Shown here in pieces: positions 1-7,708 of a stretch of DNA of 64,000 nucleotides. The stretch's first letter is position 1. Each line of letters begins with the position of its first letter. Source of the stretch: Spirochaetaceae bacterium (GTDB taxonomy: Bacteria > Spirochaetota > Spirochaetia > DSM-27196 > PXBQ01); the NCBI GenBank assembly GCA_007695285.1, contig REEC01000123.1, positions 3,351-67,350 of the forward strand. Direction: 5' to 3'. Below the pieces are notes generated by a model that ran no database searches, had not been told where the DNA came from, and was given only the letters and a program-made list of their open reading frames with translations. The translations under genes were made by a program, and so were the position numbers.

Positions 1-218
1 CCGCCGAGGTTATTGCTTCGCTCGTTGACGGTCGCGACGTGAAGGTCGGTCACATCGATCGACAAGTCGAGGCTGTTCGCCGCCGGCTCGGGGGTCACGG
101 TGACCTCAAGAATGGCGGGAACCGTTCCACGAAGCAACAAAGTGCCGGTTGTTTGCGCTGCTGCGATACCGGCGACAAACATCAGGGCGATTACCGTATA
201 AAAAGTCTTCTTGATCAT
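1..218 (-). CDS. secreted hypothetical protein, N-terminal part (gene runs off the window start)
   Basis: Reverse-strand ATG at 218-216 is preceded by GAGGAG. Translation MIKKTFYTVIALMFVAGIAAAQTTGTLLLRGTVPAILEVTVTPE... has a classic signal peptide. The frame is still open at base 1, so it is absent from the ORF track. Confidence 0.6.
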   Translation of the reverse strand, partial: MIKKTFYTVIALMFVAGIAAAQTTGTLLLRGTVPAILEVTVTPEPAANSLDLSIDVTDLHVATVNERSNNLG

Positions 219-243
219 TTCTTTTCTCCTCGCCCTTATTAAA

Positions 244-258
244 GCAATCGCCGTGCCA
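244..258 (-). promoter_or_regulatory. sigma-54 (RpoN) -24/-12 promoter
   Basis: Reverse strand reads TGGCACGGCGATTGCT, matching the consensus TGGCAC-N5-TTGCW. It lies about 25 nt upstream of the ATG at 218 with a GAGGAG SD in between. It is directly downstream of a sigma-54 activator gene and next to an AT-rich tract (about 265-345). Confidence 0.75.
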
Positions 259-446
259 TCCGGCGAATTATTTGATCATTTGTGTAATATTAATTGCTGG
301 ATAAATTAATTCCTTTCTTTATATATAATTATAACGCCGGTTATTTTGTGGATCTTCACACCGTTTCGGCGGAAGTTGGTGAGAGGCCACCCCAGCCACC
401 GGCAGAATTCGCCCATTTGGTCGAGCCCTCGCCGGAATGGTCGAAT

Positions 447-1871
447 TCACGGCGTTTTGGACTCGATCCCGAGTCGTTCGAGCCGAGACCGAATCTTCCG
501 CTCGGTCACTCCGAGCGCCCGAGCGGCCTCGCTTCGGTTGCCTCCTGCCTCGCGAATCGCACGAGCGATCAGATCAGTCTCGAACGCTCTCATCGCGACG
601 TCGTACGTCGCATCGCGACCAGTGGCGTCGTCGCGACTAAGGTCGTCGCCGGGGGTGCTCGCGTCTGCCTGAGCGGCATCGCGTACCGCGGGGGGCAAGT
701 CGGCCACCGTGATCATCGACCCGCGACACATCACGACGGCGCTCTCGATTATGTTCTCGAGCTCACGCACGTTACCCGGATACCGGTACTTCATGAGCAG
801 GTCCATCGCTTCGCGCGACGCGGCTTCGACGTGCTTCTCGTTCCGTTCGGCAAACGTCGTGATGAAGTGCTCGACAAGACGCGGAACATCGATTCGTCGA
901 TCGCGAAGAGGAGGGATCACGACCGGTATCACGTTGAGTCTGTAGTAGAGATCGCTCCGAAACCGGTTCGACTCCGCCATCGCTTTGAGGTCACGGTTCG
1001 TCGCGGCAATAATTCGTACGTCGAGTTTTCTCGTCGCGTTCTCACCGACGCGTTCGATTTCACCGAACTGAATCGCGCGCAACAGCTTGACCTGAACGGC
1101 GGCCGGTACGTCGCCGACCTCGTCGATGAAAATCGTACCGGTGTGCGCCTGCTCAAACCGCCCGACGCGGTCGTCGGAAGCCCCCGTGAACGCGCCTTTG
1201 CGATGGCCGAACAGCTCGCTCTCTATCAGAGTCTCGGGCAGAGCCGCGATGTTCACCGTGACGAACGGCTTTTCGCTCCGCGGGCTCGCGAAGTGAATCA
1301 GCCGTGCGACAAGCTCCTTCCCCACCCCGCTCTCGCCGGAAATCAGAACCGTCGCTTTGCTTCTTGCGGAACGAGCGGCGACGTTCAATGTCTCGGCCAT
1401 TACGCGGCTCTTGTACATGATCGCGTCGGACCCGAAGTACTCGGTGATCGTCTCTTGGAGTTTCGCGTTTTCGCGCGCGAAAACAGAGGCCTCGCTGACA
1501 CGGACGAACAAGCGCTCGATATCGGTTTTTGACGTCGGTTTGACCAGGTAGTCTGCCGCACCTTTCTTCAATAGCCCGACGGCATCCTCCGTACTGCCAT
1601 ACGCGGTCATGATCACGACCGGAATCGACGGGTTGATCTGCATCACGCGTTCGAGCACGGCGTCACCGCTCGAGTTCGGCATCACGTTGTCGGTGAGCAC
1701 AAGGTCGACGCTGTTCTGTGCGATGTGGCGTACGGCCGCCGTCGGGTCGGGGGTGGTGAACAGCCGAACCCGGGGGAGATCCATCGCGTCGCAGAAAACC
1801 CGGACGCGCTCGAGTTGCGTAGGATCGTCGTCGATCACGACGACGTGGAAAAACTGGTCTTCGGTGCGCAC
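447..1871 (-). CDS. sigma-54-dependent response regulator (NtrC family enhancer-binding protein)
   Basis: ORF 447..1982. Receiver domain (VVVIDDD, DLVLTDNVMP). AAA+ domain with Walker A GESGVGKE and the GAFTGA loop (HRKGAFTGA). C-terminal Fis-type HTH. Start placed at GTG 1871 because AGGAGA lies 4 nt upstream. Confidence 0.9.
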   Translation of the reverse strand: MRTEDQFFHVVVIDDDPTQLERVRVFCDAMDLPRVRLFTTPDPTAAVRHIAQNSVDLVLTDNVMPNSSGDAVLERVMQINPSIPVVIMTAYGSTEDAVGLLKKGAADYLVKPTSKTDIERLFVRVSEASVFARENAKLQETITEYFGSDAIMYKSRVMAETLNVAARSARSKATVLISGESGVGKELVARLIHFASPRSEKPFVTVNIAALPETLIESELFGHRKGAFTGASDDRVGRFEQAHTGTIFIDEVGDVPAAVQVKLLRAIQFGEIERVGENATRKLDVRIIAATNRDLKAMAESNRFRSDLYYRLNVIPVVIPPLRDRRIDVPRLVEHFITTFAERNEKHVEAASREAMDLLMKYRYPGNVRELENIIESAVVMCRGSMITVADLPPAVRDAAQADASTPGDDLSRDDATGRDATYDVAMRAFETDLIARAIREAGGNRSEAARALGVTERKIRSRLERLGIESKTP

Positions 1872-1965
1872 TTTTCTCCTGTTCCGAATTTCGACATAAA
1901 TACAGCGATAGTAAAGAGCGCGGGAACGACGGCAGACACCGAGTAAGACAGCCGCCGGTCCGAAT

Positions 1966-1994
1966 TTGACCTCACGGCCCACCGGTAGTATGTA
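1966..1994 (+). promoter_or_regulatory. candidate sigma-70-type promoter (TTGACC-17-TATGTA)
   Basis: Hexamer match only. It sits upstream of the truncated SBP ORF that starts at 2013. Confidence 0.25.
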
Positions 1995-2012
1995 TTAACT
2001 GAGGTAGAAAAG

Positions 2013-2255
2013 ATGTGGTATGCACGCTTAACGAAAATAATCGTATTGGGCGCGGTCGTCGTGGCGTTCGGCGCGTGTACAGGCCGGACACCGATCGCCG
2101 AAGAGCCGCGCCCCGAGGCTCCCCGGTACCAGGAGTCGCCGATGCTCCGAGACAGGGTCGAGAGCGGCGAACTGCCGCCGGTCGAGGAAAGACTGCCGGC
2201 GAATCCGTACGTCGTCGAGCCCGTTGAATCGGTGGGTGAGTACGGCAACCCGTAA
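2013..2255 (+). pseudogene. 5' remnant of a family-5 (peptide/nickel) ABC substrate-binding lipoprotein
   Basis: 80-aa ORF. Lipoprotein signal peptide (LGAVVVAFGAC) followed by the typical SBP N-terminus (GELPPVEERLPANPYVVEPVESVGEYG), then TAA. Full-length members are several hundred aa. The 3' end of the next gene follows 15 nt later. Confidence 0.6.
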
Positions 2256-2269
2256 CGCGTCGTGCGCTA

Positions 2270-3124
2270 CTACTCGTCCTCGACGGGTAGCCTCTCCGCG
2301 CGTTCCTTGAGCGCCCGCGACACCGAGAATTTGGGCGCCATGACGGCCGGTTTTGCGGGTATGATGACTTCATCACCGGTCGCCGGATTCCGCCCGACTC
2401 GGGCTTGGCGCGCTTTCTTCGGAGTAAGGCTCAAACGCCCGAGCCGGCCGAGCGGGACGCGCTCGCCCATGAGCGTACCGGCTTCGATCATCCCGAGATA
2501 ATCGTCGACGACACTCCGAACCTGTGCCTGCGTGAGCTTGTTCCGCTTCGAGATGAACTGCACGATGTTTTTTGTCGTGAAGTGGTCGAGCTGCGCCGTT
2601 TCACGCGTGAGCGATCTGTTGATCTTTGCAAATCCGTTCGTCAGGAACAGAATTGCCTGGCGAAGTCGCTCGTCCTGGTCGGATGCCGGAAGTTCGGGCC
2701 GGAAGCTCGCAAGAATCAGCACCTCAGATGTGCTCTTGACCGATCCTCCCGAGAACGACGCAACCGCGTCTTTGGCGATTGTGCCGGCGACAGCGACACC
2801 GGTCTCGCGTACAAGATCCGGAACGTCGGCTCTCAGTTTGATGCTCGCGTACTCGAAGTTTCGTTTTCCGCTTTTTGCCGTCTCAAGCCCAACAAGAGAG
2901 CCTGAGTACGTGAGGATCAGCGCTGCGCGCGGATCGTCGGGTTGCAGTTCGTTAAGTTCGATCATGTCGAGCGCGGCGATCTGCGCGACGAAGAGCTTGT
3001 GCTTTTCGATCCAGTTTTGTGTGATCGCGTCGATCGTCTCCTGCCCTTCGGGCAGGCCCGACCCCGACACGAGTGCCAACAGATGCTCGCGAATCCGCGG
3101 CGGTATGTCGTGTGTTTCGTTCAT
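2270..3124 (-). CDS. HU/IHF-family DNA-binding domain fused to an uncharacterised ~190-aa N-terminal domain
   Basis: ORF 2270..3175, with the likely start at ATG 3124 (MNETHD). The C-terminus ...RVGRNPATGDEVIIPAKPAVMAPKFSVSRALKERA is the HU/IHF arm signature. The N-terminal region is paralogous to the 3232-3771 product. Confidence 0.8.
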   Translation of the reverse strand: MNETHDIPPRIREHLLALVSGSGLPEGQETIDAITQNWIEKHKLFVAQIAALDMIELNELQPDDPRAALILTYSGSLVGLETAKSGKRNFEYASIKLRADVPDLVRETGVAVAGTIAKDAVASFSGGSVKSTSEVLILASFRPELPASDQDERLRQAILFLTNGFAKINRSLTRETAQLDHFTTKNIVQFISKRNKLTQAQVRSVVDDYLGMIEAGTLMGERVPLGRLGRLSLTPKKARQARVGRNPATGDEVIIPAKPAVMAPKFSVSRALKERAERLPVEDE

Positions 3125-3231
3125 GCTCGCATCGTACCACCGCGACGCGCGAATTGCTACGCGTAATTCGCGCATTGGATTGCAGTACGGAATGATGTAC
3201 AGTAGAACGTAACCTTTGCTTTGGAGGTCTT

Positions 3232-3771
3232 ATGGGAGAGTACATGGACATGCTGCCGGACGGGATCGGCGATCATATTCGGAGCATCGCTCGGACGTCA
3301 GGGCTACCGCCCGGCGACGAATCTCTGGAGCTGCTCGCGCAGGGATGGCTTGGGAAGAAGGACGCGTTTGAGGAACAGACGACGACGCTGAAGATGGAGG
3401 AAAAAGACGAGTTCGCGCTCGATAGCCCCGGCGGGGCTCTGGTTATGACGAACTCCGGTTCGTTGATCACCATCGCGCCGGTGTTCAACGATCTCCGACG
3501 TGTCGAGTACGTAAGCATCGGCCTCAGGCAGGACGTCCCGGACACGGCGGTAAACGAAGAGTCGACACTCGAGGACGACCTCCGCGTCGGAGAGCCGGCC
3601 AAGTTCACGAACGGCCCCCTGCAACAGAGTTCGGCCGTGTACAAGATTGCGGTCCATACAGAGAAAATGGAACCCGAGAAGGAAATTGAGAAACTCTCTG
3701 AGGCGACTCAAATCATCACGCAGGAATTCGTCGACGTGAACAGGACGATGGTCGTGGAGAAGGAAACATAG
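3232..3771 (+). CDS. hypothetical protein, stand-alone paralogue of the N-domain of the HU-fusion protein
   Basis: 179-aa ORF. It shares blocks SGLPxGxE, SGSL and EY.SI.LR.DVPD with residues 1-190 of the 2270-3124 product. The two genes are divergently arranged. Confidence 0.7.
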   Translation: MGEYMDMLPDGIGDHIRSIARTSGLPPGDESLELLAQGWLGKKDAFEEQTTTLKMEEKDEFALDSPGGALVMTNSGSLITIAPVFNDLRRVEYVSIGLRQDVPDTAVNEESTLEDDLRVGEPAKFTNGPLQQSSAVYKIAVHTEKMEPEKEIEKLSEATQIITQEFVDVNRTMVVEKET

Positions 3772-3959
3772 AAACCGACGGCTTCTCCCTTGAGCCGGCC
3801 ACGATCGCCGAGGCGACCGAACCACCCGCGTCGGAGCCGTTAATTCGGCGCGTCTCGGCGGCGGCGGATGCACTCGAGAGCGAACCGCACGACTCGCGGC
3901 CGCGCGACGCGCGTGGCCGCCCCGGAGGGATCGTATACCTCTCACCGCTCGCTCGAACG

Positions 3960-4787
3960 CTGATTGTTCCAGACGTTCACGGACGCATCGGCTTCATCCG
4001 CGCGCTACTCGACCACCACATCTCGATCGACGATCAGCAGCTGCGGGTGATCGATGCGCTCCGCGCCGGGGTCGTGCAGGTCGTGTTTGTCGGCGATTAC
4101 ATGCATTCCGAAGCGCGGGGCGCCGAGCGCTGGCGCAAGGCGTTCGCCGAGTTCACCGGGGGCTACCATCGACATCGGAACATGGACCACGAGATGACCG
4201 AAAACTTGACGTGTCTGGACGCCGTGATCCGGCTCAAGTCCGAGTTTCCTGCAAACGTGACGCTGCTGAAAGGAAACCACGAGAACATCACGAACGAAGA
4301 CGCGAACGGAAACCACTCGTTCCGTAAGTTCGCGCTCGAAGGCGTGATGGTGGCCGCGTGGATGGAGAAGTTCTATCCGATCGAACTGATCGAACAGATT
4401 GATCGCGTCGAGAAGGCGTTGCCGCTGCTCTGCGTCGGAGACTACTTTCTCGTGAGCCACTGTGAGCCCGTCCGGTTCTTCCCACAGCAGGAGGTGATCG
4501 AGTATCGAGATCGACCCGAGGTAACGCTCGGGTTGACCTGGACCGACAACGACGAGGCCGACCCCGGCAGCGTGAGTTCGATGATCTCGCGGTACCTCCA
4601 GATCGGCCCGGACGCTCCGGACTGGAGTCGGTGCTTCTACTTCGCGGGGCACCGACCGGTGCCGGGGAGATACCTCACGCGCGCCGACGGACGGTTCGTG
4701 CAGATCCACAACCCTGCCGCGAAGATTCTGGTCGAGATCGTTGCTGACTACCCCATCGACCTCGATCGCGATATCATCGAAATCTGA
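3960..4787 (+). CDS. metallophosphoesterase (PPP-like Ser/Thr protein phosphatase)
   Basis: Motifs GDYMH and GNHE lie within ORF 4047..4787. Motif I (LIVPDVHGR) is in the same frame at 3960-3986, upstream of the first ATG/GTG/TTG (GTG 4047). The frame is open from 3702. The 5' end is uncertain; CTG 3960 is used as a minimal start. Confidence 0.7.
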   Translation: MIVPDVHGRIGFIRALLDHHISIDDQQLRVIDALRAGVVQVVFVGDYMHSEARGAERWRKAFAEFTGGYHRHRNMDHEMTENLTCLDAVIRLKSEFPANVTLLKGNHENITNEDANGNHSFRKFALEGVMVAAWMEKFYPIELIEQIDRVEKALPLLCVGDYFLVSHCEPVRFFPQQEVIEYRDRPEVTLGLTWTDNDEADPGSVSSMISRYLQIGPDAPDWSRCFYFAGHRPVPGRYLTRADGRFVQIHNPAAKILVEIVADYPIDLDRDIIEI

Positions 4788-4813
4788 AGCGGAACTGAAC
4801 CGAGGGAAATCGT

Positions 4814-6799
4814 ATGGCAAAAATGCCGAGTTCAATAGGCAAATACACGATCACGGCGCAGATCGCAAAGGGTGGGATGGGCGAGGTGTTCAAGGCCGAA
4901 CACCCGACGCTCAAAGGCTCGCTCGTGATCAAGCGTCTCACGATGCGCGGCAACAAGAACATCCGCGACAGGTTCCTGCGCGAGGCGCGGATCATGATCG
5001 ATTTCAAGAGCGAGTACATCGTGGACGTGTACGACCATTTTCGCGAAGGTAGTTCGTATCATATCGTCCAGGAGTTCATCGACGGGATGTCGCTCGATGA
5101 ACTGATCGAACGCGAACGGTACCTTCCCGAGCCGGTCGCGCTCAGGGTATTCCTGTACGCGTGCAGGGCGGTTCGGTACGCGCACGCGAAGGGCGTCATT
5201 CACCGTGACATCAAACCCGGGAATATCCTCGTCTCACGCGAAGGGCACGTCAAACTCGTCGATTTTGGAATCGCGTCGATGCGCAGCGCCGAGACGACCG
5301 ACGAGTCGCTCACGCGCGAGGGCATGACGCTCGGCACCCCGTCGTACATGGCGCCCGAACAGTTTCACAGCACGCGCGACGTCGACGAACGCGCCGACAT
5401 CTACTCGCTCGGCGTGATGTTATACGAGTCTGTCACCGGGAAGAAACCGTTCCCCGGATCGATCAACCCCGAAACGCTCCGGCTCATCCAAATCGGCAAG
5501 TGCCCGCGCCCACGCAAACTCAATCCACACGTCTCGCGCTTCGCGCAGCGCCTGATCAGGCGATGCATGCATCCGAAGAAGAAGCGCCGCTACGGCGATC
5601 TGGGTCGGATCATCCGGCTTGTCGAGCGGAGGCTCGGGGTAAGGCCGTCGCTTCACGATCCCCATGAGTCTGCCGCGGTCCTGTCCGCGTACGTGGCCGA
5701 GCGCCCGTACGTCGAGCCGAAACGCCCGATTTCGAAGCGTGCTGCTCTTGCGGCAACGGTCTTCGCGGTCGCGATCGTGGGGATCATCGCGTTCGGTGTG
5801 ACCCACGGCTATCATCGGGCGCTGTTCGATCCCGACGGACACGGCGCGTTCAGCCTCGAGATCGAAGTGACCGGTGAGCCTCGCCCACCGTCGGACCTCT
5901 TCATCGAGGCGCGGCTCTACACCGGAACGTCACCGGTCCCGACGAGGCTTCCGGTAACGGTCGTGCACGCCGAACCCGGTCTCTCGTTTGGAGGGTTTCT
6001 CGCCGATACTCTTGGATTCGCCGCGGGGTCCGCTGAATCGGCGCCGGCGCCCACGTCCGATGCGACGCGGTTCAGAACTCTGCGCCGGTATCTACCCGTC
6101 GGACGACACCGGATCGAGGTACGGATCGAGTCGCGCGTCTACGTCGAGTCGTTCTACGTCCACTCGCGCGTCTCGGGGCCTTTTGGCGCGACGGAGCCTA
6201 CGCGTATCGCGGTTTTCCATCGCGCGCCCGATCCCGGCCCGGTGAGTCTTACCGCGACCGTTCGCGACCAGGTATCAGGACGCGACATCACTTCGGGCAC
6301 GCGAATCCGCGTCCGACGCGGCGCAACCTGGGTCCATCACGACCCCGACGTACCGATCCCTCGCACGCGCGACGGTCTCTACGAGATCGCGATCACGCGC
6401 GACGGCTATTACGACAAGACATACACCCTCGAAATCGATACGGCGCAAAGAGATGCGCTCCTCGCGGCCGGACTCGTCCCGAGGCCGGGAGCGATGGAAC
6501 TGCGGAGCACGGTCGAGAGAGTATCGGTTTCTCTTGACGGGAGTTCGCGGTACATCGAAGGAGGACGGACCGCGGAGCTCGGCTCGCTCGAGCGACTCGG
6601 GATCGAAAGCCCGATGAAAATCGTGCTGCCTCCCCGCACGTACATGCTCCGCCTCGACGCCGGACGCCGCGGCACGATCGAGCTGCCGGTTCAGGTCCTC
6701 GAGGGCTATACGCAGGTGCTGAACGTGTCCGTCGACGACGACAATACCGTCCGCGTTGTCCCAGGGCCCCGCGCAAGAACGCCGGAAGTAGGAGAGTAG
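4814..6799 (+). CDS. Hanks-type Ser/Thr protein kinase with TM helix and extracytoplasmic beta-rich (CarboxypepD_reg/PEGA-like) domains
   Basis: Kinase motifs GGMGEVF, VIKRL, HRDIKPGNIL, DFGIA and GTPSYMAPE. TM segment AALAATVFAVAIVGIIAFGV. GAGGGAAA SD before ATG 4814. Confidence 0.9.
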   Translation: MAKMPSSIGKYTITAQIAKGGMGEVFKAEHPTLKGSLVIKRLTMRGNKNIRDRFLREARIMIDFKSEYIVDVYDHFREGSSYHIVQEFIDGMSLDELIERERYLPEPVALRVFLYACRAVRYAHAKGVIHRDIKPGNILVSREGHVKLVDFGIASMRSAETTDESLTREGMTLGTPSYMAPEQFHSTRDVDERADIYSLGVMLYESVTGKKPFPGSINPETLRLIQIGKCPRPRKLNPHVSRFAQRLIRRCMHPKKKRRYGDLGRIIRLVERRLGVRPSLHDPHESAAVLSAYVAERPYVEPKRPISKRAALAATVFAVAIVGIIAFGVTHGYHRALFDPDGHGAFSLEIEVTGEPRPPSDLFIEARLYTGTSPVPTRLPVTVVHAEPGLSFGGFLADTLGFAAGSAESAPAPTSDATRFRTLRRYLPVGRHRIEVRIESRVYVESFYVHSRVSGPFGATEPTRIAVFHRAPDPGPVSLTATVRDQVSGRDITSGTRIRVRRGATWVHHDPDVPIPRTRDGLYEIAITRDGYYDKTYTLEIDTAQRDALLAAGLVPRPGAMELRSTVERVSVSLDGSSRYIEGGRTAELGSLERLGIESPMKIVLPPRTYMLRLDAGRRGTIELPVQVLEGYTQVLNVSVDDDNTVRVVPGPRARTPEVGE

Positions 6800-6802
6800 G
6801 AA

Positions 6803-7693
6803 ATGTCACTTTGGATACGTCGCGTACTACTGTGCGCCTTGGGGGCGATCGGCGGGCTCGCCGCGTGGCCCGCGATGGAGGCACTTCTTGCCGCGCAGGT
6901 TTCGTTCCCGAGTTACTTGAGCTTCAGCCTCGCAGGCGGGCTAGTGTTCGGGCTGGTGTTCGGGGCTTTTTTCGGCAGCGCGGACGGAATCGTCGTCGGC
7001 CGATGGAGTAGGATCGGATTCGGTGTAACCGTCGGCGCCGCGATTGGCGCGGTCGGAGGCCTGATCGGGTTTCTTGTCGCGCAATCGGTGTTTCTCGTGA
7101 TCGGAGAGTCGATAACGCGCGGCGAAGCGGCTCTCCGCAGTTGGGGCGTTCCGGTCTCACGCGCGGTCGGCTGGGCGATTCTCGGCGCGTTCGTCGGCGC
7201 CGCGGGCGGGGTACGCTCGTTGAGTCCGCGGAAAATCCTAATCGGTGTGATCGGAGGCCTGCTCGGCGGCGCCGCGGGCGGGGCGATCCTCGAGTTTGTC
7301 CGTGCGGCGTACCCGTCGTTCGGCGGAGCGTCGTTGATCGGCCTCGTCGTCGTCGGGCTGAGCATCGGCGCCGCGTACGCGATCGTCGAGAAAAGACTCT
7401 CATTCGGTGTTCTGCGCCTCTTGAACGGCGCGTACAAGGGCAAGGAGTACATCCTCAACCAGCGAAAGATGTCGATTGGAAGCGCCGGCGGGTGCGACAT
7501 AGTGCTGACGGGATACCGAAACGTCGAGCCGGTGCACGCGCGGCTTCTCGGACACGGCACGGAACTCGCGATTGCTCCGGGCGACCCGGGGCGGATGATC
7601 ACGGTGAACGATCAGGAGCTCGCCGGACGCGTACTCAAGTACGAGGACGTCGTGAAGATCGGCTCGGCTCGGCTTTTTTTCAAGCACGAGTAA
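6803..7693 (+). CDS. multi-pass glycine-rich membrane protein with C-terminal FHA domain
   Basis: About five Gly-zipper-like hydrophobic segments, then an FHA-like C-terminus (MSIGSAGGCDIVL...PVHARL...ITVNDQEL...VVKIGSARLFF). It starts 4 nt after the kinase stop. Confidence 0.8.
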   Translation: MSLWIRRVLLCALGAIGGLAAWPAMEALLAAQVSFPSYLSFSLAGGLVFGLVFGAFFGSADGIVVGRWSRIGFGVTVGAAIGAVGGLIGFLVAQSVFLVIGESITRGEAALRSWGVPVSRAVGWAILGAFVGAAGGVRSLSPRKILIGVIGGLLGGAAGGAILEFVRAAYPSFGGASLIGLVVVGLSIGAAYAIVEKRLSFGVLRLLNGAYKGKEYILNQRKMSIGSAGGCDIVLTGYRNVEPVHARLLGHGTELAIAPGDPGRMITVNDQELAGRVLKYEDVVKIGSARLFFKHE

Positions 7694-7708
7694 GGTGGGG
7701 ATTTGGAT

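Noticed and set aside
294-1532. 412-aa plus-strand ORF
   Set aside because: It is antisense to the NtrC-type activator, which has unambiguous motifs (GESGVGKE, GAFTGA). The product is Arg/Pro/Ser-rich, as expected for an off-frame translation of GC-rich DNA.
3304-3945. 213-aa minus-strand ORF filling the gap upstream of the phosphatase
   Set aside because: It is largely antisense to the well-supported 3232-3771 gene. It is Arg-rich. The plus-strand frame in 3772-4046 continues into the phosphatase motif I.
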